The notes under the pieces are model-generated. The model ran no database searches. It saw nothing but the letters and a program-made list of their open reading frames with translations, and had not been told where the DNA came from. From Microbotryum violaceum (taxonomy: Eukaryota): a stretch of 64,000 nucleotides of DNA. Positions 1 through 13,304 of this stretch are shown piece by piece (within the stretch, counting starts at the first letter, position 1; the number at the start of each line of letters is the position of its first letter). A program made the translations under genes and the position numbers. The stretch is taken from assembly GCA_001244265.2 (NCBI GenBank), contig CDLV01000007.1, forward strand, positions 1-64,000. The letters are read 5' to 3'.

Positions 1-16
1 AAACCCTGAAATGGGA

Positions 17-230
17 CGATCCCGGGATCGTGCCCCCGATTTGAAATCGGTGGAGCGATTTGAAATGCATCTGAAATCAGCGGAACGGTTTGAAATGCAT
101 TTGAATCGGCGGACCGATTTGAAACGCATTTGAGATCGCGCGCACCGATTTGAAACGCATTTGAAATCGGCCGAGCGATCCAAATGCATCTCGAATCGAT
201 CCAAATGAGGTTCAAATCCGCGGGATCGAT
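17..230. repeat. Array of ~31-bp quasi-palindromic repeats
   Basis: About 5 units of consensus CGATTTGAAA(T/C)GCATTTGAAATCG, plus the perfect palindrome CGATCCCGGGATCG at 17-30. Confidence 0.8.
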
Positions 231-316
231 CCATGCCAACGGTCAATAGGGGCACATAACTGTGTGAAAGGGCCGATTGCGAAGGTAGAGTGGACCATTA
301 TGTTACTATTATCAAA

Positions 317-3300
317 CTAGGTTCGGCGGCGCGCTCCGCGCGCCACCTCACATTGAAAATCAGCAGTTCTGTTACAGTATTTCAGGCCATCGAGTCAAAT
401 ATCCTTCTAAACACAATGTTGTCAGTGACGTTGTGGGAAGCATTCTGCTGAGTACTAGTAGTAGTTGGCAGAAGAACCTTAACACCATGTACGTTTGATG
501 CTCGGGACAGTGCAACATACAACTGTCCGTGTGAGAAGACAGGGTTTTCCAGACACACCCCAACGTGACCCAAAGACTGTCCTTGTGATTTGTTGATTGT
601 CATCGCCATGGCCAGCGCGGATGGGGAACTGTGTTCGGTAGAGGGTGAGCGGAAGATCCGTGAAGATGCATTCTTGAGCGTGATCCGCGGCAGCGGAATG
701 GTTTGTCCGGCATGATCGCCAGTCAAGACGATTGCTTCCAGTACACGGGATTGCAACCGTGTCAACAACAGCCGGGTGCCATTACATAGTCCCGCGCCAG
801 GGTCCATATTGCGCAGCAGCATGGCCGTGCAGCCGACCTTCAATCGAACAGCATGGAGTGGCATCCCGGGAATGTTGAGGGTGTTGGAATACTCGTCGGA
901 TACAGTGATCCGTCCTCCTCGTCTACGGAGTCAGCGCTGTAAAATGTCTGAGCGTCGCCGGGAAGAAGTTCGATGATCATGTTGTTGAGTTCGTCGACAT
1001 CCGCATTCTTTGGCGCCAAAATTGCGCGATCCCGGAAATAAGCAACTTTGTTTTCGGTTGACATCAGGGTGAGATCATCCGCAGAGAGAGAGATATCGTG
1101 GTTGATCAAGCCGGTCTTGTGTCTCGAGTCGACTGGGAGGCACAGGTGGTCAGGAAGAGTGATGGTATCTCCACCATCAATGTTGGCGGAACCGTCACCA
1201 ACTCCAAAAAGCCAATCTGCAAACTCCCGTGACTTGGCCAGTTCCGTTTCTGTCATGCGGTGTACAGCAGCGAGAAGACGCATGTTCGTCTGAGTAGAAA
1301 GGCCCCTAGGTCGCAATTCAGTTCGCATTGTCAAACTTTTCATAAATGAATCGAATGAATGGACTTACTGACAGATGGAGTATTTGAACTTCTCCCCAGA
1401 AATCAGCATTCATGATGCAGGCATCCAAGATCTGAGTAGGTGAAGCCTTGGGTACAACAGGGAGGCATTGTCTGGGGTCACCTGCAGTTCAAATAGGCAA
1501 GTTCATCAGCCAAGTCCAATATGCCATGGTAGTCATTGATATGTACCTGCCAGGAGAACTGTAATCCACCAAATCTTGCCGAAGATGTACGGACATCTTG
1601 CAGCATCTTGTTCACAGCTCAAAGTGAAGACGGTGCTGCATCGGCGCTTCATCCCATATAATGAGCTCGCACGCTCGAAAAAGTTCCGCCAGCTGTCCTT
1701 GCTTGTGAATGTTGCAGGTCGAGTCATCGAATATGTCGATGGGAATCTTGAAGCGCGCGAATGTGCCGTTCTGCCTTTCGGAAGTAATAGCGCAGCAATG
1801 CCAGATGAAGCAACAGCCAGAGCGTATTTGTTCTCGGAACGAATCCGTGAAAGAATTGTAGTCTCCAGGAACGTTTTGCCAGTTCACCTGGTGCGTTGAT
1901 GAAGAACGTCTTGCCTTGGGCATTGAATACTGAATCGCAAATTGTGTCGAATGCGTGCCTTTGCTCAACCGTGAACGCCTCCAGATTTTTCATCCATTCC
2001 CGGTTCATTCGCTCAATTGATTCGCGGTGTTGACCGCTCTTCCATCATTAGTCGCGATAGCTCGAGCTCGTTTTCGAACGTTGCTGTCGCAAAGGCAGTC
2101 CGTGATCACAGAGACTGGTCCCTAAGCGTTGGAGGATCTGCTCCAGTTGGAGTAGTGCCCAGCTAGAAATGTGTTCTGGAGTGATGAAAGACTGTCCACG
2201 TCGCATCCGCAGATGGTACTCGGCATCGTCCGACAGACTGTTGTGGTGTGTCTCCCATAATTCCGCTGCATTCGAGACACCGCCATCAGCGGTCAACAAC
2301 ATCGCAAATAGATGGCGAAGCTGGTGACCGGAATGAAAGACGGCCGCTTTCGTGAGGCACCGGTTTGCCTCGGTGTTGTCTCGTAGTAATCCTCGTTCGA
2401 TACATGCTTCCCGGAAAGTCTTAAATTCCGTGCCGTTGAAAGTTCTCAATTGAGCGAAGGATGTCGGCGACGGGACGTTGAGTAGAAGCAACCGCAAGTA
2501 ATATCGTTCCCGCGGCTTCCGGACCGCAGAAGTACATACGGCCAATGGCGGTGTGTTCGTTTTCCGCTCTTGCCAAGCTCGTTTCTTTAAATCCCAACGA
2601 AAGGACCTGGACACGTCGAGATAAAGTACGTTTTGTGCCTTGGGTACCGGTGGAACTGTGGCGCAAAGCTTCACGAATGCCGTAAGAGTCGTCTCTGGTG
2701 GAGCTGCCGTAGTTGGCGGTCCGTCTTCAGGATCAAATCGGACTTGTTGCTTGTTAGGCAGGTGCAGTGCGAGACGTGCGACGGCTGGTTTGTGACCGTG
2801 CATTTGGTATTGAAACAGTCGGTGCATTGCTTCTGGAGCACAGACATATCGCGCGCATCGAGGAAGTCTTTCACTTCATTACGCGGCGCGCCTGCTTCCA
2901 CGGTAAATAAAGTCCCGGTCATGACCCTTGTAAACGTATTTGTAAAGATACTTGACCGCCGCAACACCGTTCGCAATTTCCACATTGATATGGCAATTGT
3001 ATTTCGAAGCCAGCCACGGGTTAGTCGGTACAACGTTCGCATCGGTATAGATCTCCTCCCGTTCAGTTCCCGGAAACTTGATGAACTGGTGAAGATTGCG
3101 GCGGCGATAGTACGGATAACCCCGTCTTCACTGGTAGTGCGATCCTGAAATTGCTTCGGAAATCCCTTTGAGCATTTTCCATATTTGTCGTGACAGGTGT
3201 GTTGTCCGGGGAGGTCGCATCGACGATGGAGCATGGAATTCGTGATCGTCTCAAACAATGTCGGAAACTTTTCTCGATCCGGAATTTCCGCTGTGACGAT

Positions 3301-5480
3301 TCGGTCGAAGTCTTCATTCGTCTTTGGTTTTTCATCTGGATGCAAGATCAGAAGGATGTGGCGTGTGGGAGGCCCTTTTTTTTGAAACTCGATTACGTGG
3401 ACGTGGGCAACCACCTAAATGATCGACAATATTTGGGGTACATCAGCACACAGAATACCCTGAAACGAATGTGATAGAACTCATCTGCCATGGTCTCCAT
3501 AGATGTCATGAAGGCAAGCTGTGAGCTTGCCCTGGAAAACTCGTGCGACAATTTCGGGACGATTTGAAGCGGTTTGGCCTGGCAACAACGCGTTTACGAT
3601 CTCTGGCAGGCGGGATTGCAGGTCATCGTGATAAACAGATCCGGTGCGCCGAAAGCACGGACGATCGCCATGGCGTCTTGGTATAGCTGCACCATGCGAG
3701 GTGAGCTGGGGTACGAAGACGGTAATATGACTCTTTTCCCAATTTCGACGGATCGATGCCCTCCGCAAGGCTGGCTTGAAGGGACGAATATTCTCGCGCT
3801 CTTAGGTTTTCTGTTCGTCGTGATCCATCGCAGCCGATCCTGCTCTGTCAGAGCCCACGCATCGGCGACGAACTTTTGGAAAAGTCGACCACCAAGGAAT
3901 AGTGTAGGAAGGACACGGTTTCGGGCCGAATGTGGAAGTAATAGGCGTTGAATTGAAGCGGTGTGACGTGTTTCGATCCACCTCTCGCCCGGTCTGCGGA
4001 TTATCGGCGGTCGTCGAGCCAGACCCATGCGTACGCTGCAAGACGCCATCGCGTCCCGAGTTCTCCGATCAGCGAGGATGTGCTTGCGTTTTCGCTGAAA
4101 GGAATGTTGTCCTGATACCAGTCTTCTCGAACGGCAATAGTAGCGGATATGTCAGCGACATTACCGCTGGATGTTTGTCTGGAAGGATTTGAAGCCCACT
4201 GGTCGTGTCCCCATATGGTGGCGAACGTAATCGCACCACGATTTCCCGAGAAGACGAACGATGCTCCGTCTCGTCACCCGGTAGGATTACGGCGACCTCG
4301 TCTTGCGTTGGCAAATTGTACCTCCTGGGGTCTCGATTTCGTGGTGCAAGAAGACGTAATTGATATGCGTGCGCATCCTCACGATTGATGAACTCTCGCG
4401 CCATGAGAAACTGCTGCGCTCTCCTGTTTTCTTGTAGCATCATCTCGTCCAACCGGGAAGAATCTGGCGGTATGCGATGACCAATTGCTGTTCGTCGTCC
4501 GATGAGGGTCCGTTGAACCTAATTCGAGCGTCGATCCGTTCGGAAGGAGCGACGAAGAGAATTTGTGCGAATACAGGGTTGCTACCCCGTGCTGGAGCTA
4601 GCGTACCCATTCTATGATAGACATTCCCGCTGAGGTAGAAAGAAGGCGGTCCACCAGCGCCGATGATTGCGTAATCTTGGCTTGTTCAAATGACGCCATT
4701 GCAAGGTTCTCGTTAAAGGCCAGGATTCGCTCACGGAATAGCTTCTCCACTGTACACACGGTGCAAGGCGTTTTCGTCAGATGTACTGCACCAAAAAATA
4801 AGGGCATGATGTCTAACATACCTTGCCCATCGCCAGTGAGAAGCTCAAGCAAAGTGTTGGGAGGTTTTCTGATCTTTGGTAGCTCCACCTTGCCGTCGTC
4901 GCAACATGACCTGAATTCTGAATTTTGCCGTCCTCCCAAGCGTTCGAAGTCCCAATGGAAGGCGCTACACTTCGGACACAGAAGATCCATTGGACCTAAG
5001 TCGTGTCGAGGGTAGGGTCCTTCCGGCAGTGGCCGCAGTGCCATCGGTGATTGTGTGGCGGGTGGATGTAGCCGTGCGCGAACCGAACGCGCTCCTGGAG
5101 GTTCCGGACTGTGAGGTTGTCGCTGCGGGACAGAATGGACGTCGGGCGTTGGCTCGGGTGGAGGCGAGTGTTCAATTATTTTGCTCAGTTCTCCTGGAGG
5201 TGGACTGATTCGTCGATTCGGCAAAGACAGGGTCGGGCGGAACACTGTGCGGGACCGGAACGGAACGCTCTCGCTGAAGGCTTTCCCGTTGACGACGTCT
5301 TTGCTGACCTTGAGACCTTCGAGAGATCGCAGCGTTCATAGGCGGTGGATCCATTGGATGCAGTTGATCCTCCGGCAGGGGACGCAGTGCCATGGGTGAC
5401 TGTGTGGCGAATGGATGTTGCCGTGCGCAACCGAACGCGCTCCGGAGGTTCAGGACGATGCCTCTCCGTTACCCGTTACT
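317..5480 (-). mobile_element. Helitron, copy 1 (RepHel 382-~5480, apparently frameshifted)
   Basis: Same sequence as 47123-52315, with CTAG at 317-320 and the hairpin at 325-347. It carries many 1-bp indels and a 19-bp deletion near 3483, probably sequencing or assembly errors. Confidence 0.9.
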
Positions 5481-5614
5481 TTTTCCTGCCGGGGAAGATG
5501 GCTTCCACCCCGACATTCCTCTTTGCGGGGTCCACCAAGCCGGGCCGCCAATCGCCAGAAACGCGAGAGCAGATCGACAATGGTGTCCAGTTGCGCGAGG
5601 TACTTACTGGTCTC

Positions 5615-5710
5615 GGTCTGGATGACGAAGACGAAGAGGAAGACGAAGACCGCGACGATGAGGATGAAGACGGCGAGGAAGGGGACGAAGAGAATGGTGA
5701 TGATGAACGT
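5615..5710 (+). repeat. Asp/Glu-coding low-complexity tract (gene fragment); also at ~52455-52550
   Basis: Translates as DDEDEEEDEDRDDEDEDGEEGDEENGDDE, followed by a GTAAGC donor-like site. Confidence 0.55.
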
Positions 5711-5829
5711 AAGCGTCTTCCGCTCTTTCTCATATGTTCCTTTCTGTTGAGATGTAAGCACAGACTCACATAGAATGCTCGAACATTTAGGACGATCATC
5801 AAGGAGACGAGGAATATCTTGCATACTAC

Positions 5830-6240
5830 TTGCACGAACGCGGCGACTACTTCTTAATCCCACATGCCACCCAGCGTCTCCTCCTCGAGTTTGTCATTGA
5901 CGGATACTCCCAAGTCGATACCGATCGAATTAACTATATCCGCTTTCATCAAGAGAACCTGCGCCTCACCACGGTGCAGGGCATCACCGACGCCGTTGCC
6001 CACGGTTTGACCCCGGATCAGATTGGAGGGTTCGGTGATATTGGGGTCGACGTTCAAGAATAGCCCGTGGGAGGTCACGCAGCGTTACCAAGATGCGATA
6101 GCGTGGGTCGTCAAATACGGGAAGTTTTCGCTGTTCATCACGGTGACGTGCAACCCGAATGGCCGGAAATCAAGGCTGCACTGGGGCCGAATGACAAAGC
6201 ATACAACAGTCCGGATCTCATTGCACGAGTGCTCAAAGCC
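5830..6240 (+). pseudogene. Fragment of a second, divergent Helitron Rep (Helitron_like_N region)
   Basis: RLLLEFVIDGYSQVDTDRINYIRFHQENLR..VILGSTFKNSPWEVTQRYQDAIAWVVKYGKFSLFITVTCNP aligns with the main RepHel (RLFQKFVADAW..VILPSSYPSSPRNMVQLYQDAMAIVRAFGAPDLFITMTCNP). It is frameshifted and truncated at both ends. Confidence 0.9.
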
Positions 6241-9187
6241 AAGTCCGGCAACAAGCAACGGCCAGGCTGTTTCGGTGATGAATGGATTTTGTTGCTTTGC
6301 TGTACTTCGTACTGTGTTTTCTTAACCTCTGCGCTGAAATCAAGTAGACTGTTCGATTATCCTGCTATTTTTTTTGAATTCCATCCTCCCGTTAATATAA
6401 CGGGTTCCCACTGGTGATCTTCTTACTTGAATAAGCCACAAAACCCGCTTCTTTAACGAGCACTGTAAAGAGTCGATCGCACATCTCCGCCTGTGTCCGA
6501 ATGTCGAGCGAAACTGAGTTCCGAACTCAACCCGGTCTTAAAAGCCTAGGATCCACAAAATATCTTATCGACCGCATGGGCTTGGTGATCTACGCTGGAT
6601 GAAACTGGGCTGTAGATCAAACCCAGCGTTGGGGCGACGTGAACCTCTGGACCTCCGTTGATCTGAGGAGCACAAGGAGGCCGCACTCGGCTTCTCTGGA
6701 CTGTGATCATTTGGTGCGGCTGAGAAGTCTCAAAGAACAAGCACAACCCGGTTGGACTGTATTGCAAGTTGGAATTCTAGATTGCACAACCCTTGAAATG
6801 CTCGAGACTCGCGATCCGGCGTCGCCTCTAACTCCTTTTCCCGTTCGCGGTGATCCCCAATGCGTCTACTCATCTACCTGCGCTGGGCCGATTGACGCAT
6901 TCATTCCTGCTTTCCTTCCCAGAGAATCTGCTACTTGAGAACAAAGCCGCGCAGCGTCTCCCAGAGCTGAGCGAGCGCCTGAAACTGACCCCCGCTCTCA
7001 TATCTCGGAGATCGAGATACGCGCGGCTAAGATGCGCTACACCCTACAGTCGCGGGGGGAACGCCAGATCAGGTCTCGGGGACGTCTCACACGGAACACG
7101 TAGGTATCAACTCGTGAACGCACACTGATTATCAGAACCGTGAGGGCACCGGAGTAGAACGAGAGGAAGGGGAGCTTCCATTGCTCGGCGGTCCGCTGCA
7201 AACGCGACACGAGCGACGGCATCGACCCCATTGATCGTTGTGCTTGGGGTTTCACAAGACGCATTCGTTGTGCAAACCCACGCCGTCCCAGGCGTACGTA
7301 GCGCATCAGCAAATGAGGAGCTCAAGAGCAGCACTAGAGTTCTATCGGCATGGGCGTGTAGCAGCTACCCGCGTGATGAGAGTCGATGGGGGACACTGGT
7401 AGACGTCAAGATGACCTGGGTGCAATGTAAAATACAACTTTAGAACACTGTGGCAACCACAAGGCTGGGTTGGAGCCGGCTCTGGCAGTCTGCAGAGCGG
7501 ATGAACGACTTCGGCCGCCTCCGGCGCCGGGACGACGCGTATCGTTTGGCCGTTCTGAACTGACCGACGGCACACAGACGGCGAGACGCAGCCTCAGCGT
7601 AAAGAGGGTACTTCGCTAGAAAATGATGCCGCCACTCACAATTCCAACGATTAGATGTCTGGTGTTGCTTTTCGCTGATCAGCAGACTCGCGAAGAATGG
7701 CGTCGAGGGGGTTCAAGCAGTGCCTGTGCAGTGGAAGGGCCTAAGCCCAGCCTAAGGCGCGTAGGTAAAATCCGCCAAAATCCCCGATTTTGGACCTTAT
7801 TTGTCCCCCATTTGTTTGGATTTTTGAGCCAAAAAGGTCCCCAAAATGTCCAGTCCATCTACGCGCGCCCAAGAATAGCTCTAGAATTGCTTCAAATGCT
7901 CTAAAACATCTTAAAAAATCGGGAAACCGCCGTCCGGACGTTTTTCGCCCGGACCGAATCGCCGGAGCCCGCGCGCGCGTCATCCATTTCAGTTCTGCTT
8001 CGCCGAGGGCTCCTCACCTGCACTTACTGCCTACCTCTTTGACTATGATTTAACGTGGCCATGGTATACATGTAACGTACAACGAGAGGTAAGATCGATT
8101 GCAGTCACTCTGCGAAGCAGTAAGCTAGCTACCATGAGATGTACGAACCAAGTCCAATCGACAGTTGTTCTTCTCCTATGTTGCTGGTGTCACAACTGAC
8201 GGGTATCATGCCTTGTTCAATACAAAGCAGACAAGAGAGCCAATTTTCAAAGGCGTAGCTAACGTGATGTTTCCGTCGATCGACCCGAACGGTGGGATCT
8301 TGGCAAATGCCGTGTATTGCCTTGCTCGCAATTGCATCCGTACCTGGGCAAGAATGAACATTATTGATGAGCACTCTCTGGGCCATATGTGCAAAGCACA
8401 CGCGAGCCTTGGGCCCGACTTGCCTGAAGCCCCTACACATCATTTGCATCTACGACTCCGGCTCAATTCTTATATCTTGCCCAGTTTGGTCCACCGCCCA
8501 CCGATCTCGTCGTGACATCGTCAATCCCCAACCGTCGTAGCTATCGAGACGCTCGAGTTTGTAGCCTTTGTCGTTGCTGCCCGGGACTGGTGCAATCGAC
8601 AGGTGGGCGCCTGTCCTCTTCTGTCTTAGCACAACAGCGTCACAACGCTGACTTATTTAACTTCGTATTCAGGTGTACCACATACTCACTGTACTCGGAA
8701 TGTCAGTCGCAATCTCGAAAGCGACGGCGAGTGCTATGTGCAGCGCGCTGCTGGGTGCGGCTTCGGGTGCGGTGATGGTGCCCCGAGAAACTTGGCCCCG
8801 TTGGTAGCACTGTCGGCGAACTTTGAGGGGCTTCGAGCCTCTATTCAGGACCCCAAGGGTCGCCTAGTGTCTCTGTGAGCCACCAAAGGGGGTTTTAGTG
8901 GGTATGGTTGATCCTGGTTCAGGTCAATGAGTCCTACACTACTGGCTTCTGCCAGTGTGCGTAAAAGCATTCCCTCCGACTTTTCCGAAGGTTTCTAGGT
9001 ATTAATATAATTATACTGTTACGGAAATCTACAGACTCGATCGATCGTCCGACGATTCAACAAATTTCTAGTACTATACATGGCCTTTGACTTGCAAAAA
9101 TCACCACTCGCGGATGATCGCTAGAGGTTATTTGATGCAATGATGTATCAACAAGATTTACTTCATAACGCCACTTGTCTCTCGTCA

Positions 9188-9615
9188 CAGACCACGCGTA
9201 TCCGCAACCGCGACCGACAAGTGGACGGACAAGGGGTTGCGGTACAGACACGAGATCTGCGGTACGGACATGAAAATTTCAATCATTATAGGTACTAAAA
9301 CATATACTATCGTGTTTAACTTGCAGATAGTGAGTCTACTCGATAGTATCAGTATTATCTGATCCATTTGTATCTAAACTAAGTGGACAGACATGTCCGT
9401 ACATTTGTTCTGGCCCGAAAGCAGTGGACCGCGCTCCCCAACGTCATCAAGGCCACAACGACTAGTGTAATTGAGTACACTCAAAACATAATGCATAATA
9501 GCACAAATCAAGCATGTACAAACCAGTTGGGATCGTGACAGAGTTACAGCCCACTTATCTACGTCTACAAGTCCTCAAGTCTGCCGTGCCTCAGCTCCAG
9601 CGATACACCGAAGCC
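9188..9615 (+). repeat. Dispersed ~420-bp repeat, probable DNA-transposon terminal remnant (also 56030-56457)
   Basis: Diverged homolog at 23461-23877. Both start CAGACC and share ccgcgaccgacaagtggacggac, gtcaaggccacaacgactagtgtaattgagta-like and acgtctacaagtcctcaagtctgccgtg blocks. Confidence 0.75.
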
Positions 9616-9997
9616 ACCCTATAAATCTCATCATCTCATCATAATAGAGAAACCCTGATTGGTTTTCCGGGTTGAGGTTGATCGATCGGAGCGATCGCCG
9701 AGGTTGAACGGCAGTGTGCGCTGGATGTGAGGAACAATATGTTCGAGCGCTCGAGCAAAGGCTTGCACGGAGGAGATACAGGGCAAATGTCAGCGTGCAT
9801 GTCCTTCTCCCAACAACCTTGGGTCCTTGATCCCCCTCCACCTCGGGCTGCTCACCTCACTGGCAGATCTCTTCGCGACTTCACTACCGAGCAAGGAAGG
9901 GGCGCAAGTTCACACTTGCGGGTCGGACACGTTGCGAATACGGAGGTCACCGCCCCAAAACCACAACAACCCCAAGCATCACGGCGACATGGGTCGA

Positions 9998-12348
9998 CTA
10001 CAACTTTGCACCATCCTTGTCTTCGTGCGCCCGAAGTGTAGCCCGCACCGATGGACTGAAGCAAGCTTCCCCCCAATCGACGATGAACAGTCGACCGTCC
10101 GCGTGTCGGAGAACGTTGCTGGGGCGCTTATCCCTATGGTGGGGTCCTTCTTGTTCGAAAAGTCGAAAGGCAGCTCTGAGGAAGCAGATCAGTAAATTCA
10201 GCCATCGATCGCACGATCAGGAAAACAGAGTGAACACAAGGAAGGGAATACACCCACTGAGCCGCGACGTCGACCTCTAAAGGCTGTGAAGCATAATCCT
10301 TCTGATGACCTGGTTCACCGACATCTTCCACCACGAGCACGAAACCTCCACCGTCCCAGCCACTCCGATAGAGGCCGAAGAACTTGGGGATGTATGCTTG
10401 AGCTTCGGGGATAGCTGGGGCACAGCCTGAGTGTAGATGAAGTACTCGCGAGCGACCGACGATGCGAACGTAGCGGGGACTAATTTGGCGACGACAGGAA
10501 CGTGTTCGCTCCGGTTGGCGAGGCGCGACGACCTGCGGACAACTCCAGGTCTCGATCGACGCGTCCACTTGGCTTTCCAAACCATGCTAGTAAGACCATG
10601 TCCAAGCGGCGTAATGAGATCGAGACGGTCGAGTTTCACAGCATCCGCGAGCGGCATGTCAAACCAAGGTAAAACCGGTGGTGTCTCTTGAGGTTCACGA
10701 AGGTTGGCCTCACTGAGGTCTGACCCAAAGAACTGGCACCGACAAAAAAAAGGAAGCAGCAACAAGTCAGGACACTTTGCTACGTCAGGTAAGAGTGGAA
10801 GTCGTACTCACGTTGTCGCACTCGAGTTCGACACCCATCGCGACCATGCACGAGTCCATGTTCGTCTCGACATCACATACAATCTGCCGAAGAGGCCAAA
10901 CAATAAGTGCACAGCGCGAGAAAGCGGATGGTGGAAATACAGCACCCACTTGGCTACCGGGACGGTGTCGCAAACCGATCACGGTCTTGGCATTATGAAC
11001 GAGAGGGACCACCGCATCGTCCACATTGGACATCGGTCGAAGGGGGGCCAGGGCAGTGGAAAAGACAAGTTGTTCCGCAGCGCCATGCCATGCCCGCAAA
11101 TCGTCGTCCGAGGGAGCATCGATCCCATACTCAGGACGGCAGCTCATGAAGAGCGAGATGAGGATGAGGAATATTGGACGACTTCTGTGTGCATCCGGGC
11201 TCGAAGGGATCGCGGTCATCGAACACACATCGCTGACAACGAGATGGGTCCTTCCCTCGAACTCGACTGACCCGGAAGGCACGTGCAAAAACCGTCAGGT
11301 CAGGCATCGAATCGTAGCGATCCCACTAAAAGCAACCCCGGAGACTCACCAAGCTCGGTCACGGCAAAAAACGGAACTGCCCAGAGCAAGCCAAATCGCC
11401 CATTCACCGTGCTTCGGATATGAAGCGCCATCTGCCTAAACGAGTCGTCTAACGAGGTCAGTTTCGAGTTCCGAGTGCCTTGCCAAATGGGAGCCAAGCC
11501 ATGAAGTTGCTCACCTTCACCGCCGCTGCCGAGCCACCATCCAGATTCAAGATCCGACCCATGCCACCTTTGACAAGTCGAATGTCGAACATGCTGGACG
11601 AAGTCGTGGGCGCACCCAAAGAGCTCTGATCAAAGAACGAATCAAGCGTCTCCTTCGATGTCACTTGGACTGCGAGTGTCGTCAACGGCTCAAGCTGCGT
11701 GTTACTCTGATGCAAATACTCGTCCCTCATGATGTAGACGCGATCGCCTGTCTGCCCGAGCGTCGTACGCGGCTTGCGCGACTCGACCCAAGGGGCCTTG
11801 CCACAGGGCATTTCCACGATGTGGCGGATGACGGGCCCGCGGTACTGCTGAAGAGTGATACAAGGTATGGGTTCCTCCTCCAGTGGGCAAAGATCGAGCT
11901 TTGCGATATAGGTTTGCAACCAATCCCGCGTATATTCGGGGAGCGGGGTGCTGAGTGGGGTCGATGTTCGTTCGAGACCTCGGTACAGTCCACGCGTAAG
12001 TCGATCGAGCAAGGTCGGATCTCGAACTGCAATCCCGAGATGCGGCAGGTCTTCTCCAGGCATACGACAAAAGGTCATCGCGCTCGTCGTGGGCTCCTCC
12101 CCTGGGTCGTCGCGGCGCTGTTGGATGGTGTAGTAGGGCAGCACGAGCTCAAGAAGGTCTTGGAGCGTGACCGGAGTGCTCGTCGTTGTTTGCGTCGCGA
12201 CCGGTTGTGCAAAAGACGGCATCTTGACGGTCCAATCCTTCACGGGCGTGCGGAGGACGTTCGAGAGTCGAGACGAGCCCGAAGCGACGATCGATCCGCG
12301 CTCTCTGACGAGCGGAGATGCCAACTCGTTTTGAGTGACCTGAGGCAA
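9998..12348 (-). CDS. Multi-exon protein with C-terminal minimal protein-kinase-like domain (kinase A)
   Basis: Gly loop LGHGLTSMVWKA, beta-3 Lys VVAKL, alpha-C VARE, catalytic loop HHRDKRPSNVL and IVDWG, with stop TAG at 9998-10000. GTGAG donors lie near 11514, 11350 and 10811. The start is uncertain (TTG 12348 or ATG 12222). A 1-bp deletion near 10405 is absent in copy 2. Confidence 0.8.
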
Positions 12349-13304
12349 GACAGTTGGACAGAGCGCGGCCGAATCGCAGGCAGAAGGCGAGAGCAGTGCG
12401 AGAAGCGCGAGGAGGTTGCAGTCGGCTGACGTGCTGAGCTGCTGAGAGCGGCAGTCAGCGCGTCAGCGGCCGGCGACTAGGGCTTATCTGCTTATTCTCG
12501 GCTACCAGTGGATCAGGCTGCGATCGAGGCGTCAACCATCATAATTGTCTGCAATTTTTTTTTCACTAGTCAGTCAGCTCGACATTGGAGACCACCTAGG
12601 TAAGTTGAATGGTACTTTAATGTAAGCACTCCAACCCCAAACGCCAAATAGTACCCAAATGCCAGTGACGGTCCGACAGCTTTGCCCCACACTGCGTTCG
12701 CTGCTCGACTCGGAATGCAGCTGACTCACACAAAGCTGCAGTGAGACTTGCAGCCTCTACAATCGCAGTGAGTTCATGGAACACTATATCCTCGCCCGTC
12801 CGATCCAGTTCATCGGTCTTGCAACTCGTTGTATAGCGGCGTGCTCTACCGTGCCTACTAGTCCTAGTAGTGCTCGTGCGACCTGAAAATCCCTTCTACC
12901 GCGGACCCCCCCACATGTCACATGCCCGCCCCCACATTGGCACCGATCAGCTTCACAGCCTTGAGCTCGGCCGCTCGAACTCGGAGCTCGCATGTACTTA
13001 GGTGACCGAGGTGACTTTTGTCGACCCGCAACTGGATTTTGAACTCTTGCCTTCCATGCTGAGCAGATTGATCAATTTTAAAGGAGTGAAGGTGGTACGA
13101 TTAAGGAATGCGGCGGCCACCTTTTCTTTCGCTGTAATCAAAACCATCGGGCCAACGGCTTATTCGCCGGAAATCGCGCTGAAGATGGCTCAGATAGAGC
13201 TACATTCCAGAAATGAATATATTGAAGCGTCGTTCGTACTTACAATTTATCGGAACGCCTCATCGTGTATTTGAGCAGCACAGCACTGTCCTTTCCAGCC
13301 ACCC

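Noticed and set aside
382..5480. Helitron copy 1 as a genuinely decayed pseudogene
   Set aside because: Differences from copy 2 are almost all 1-bp indels that fade with distance from the window start, with virtually no substitutions. This is more consistent with sequencing or consensus error.
8206..8394. HNH endonuclease fragment (HIWP..N.ITL)
   Set aside because: The upstream frame reads ACALHIWP and lacks the other conserved residues.
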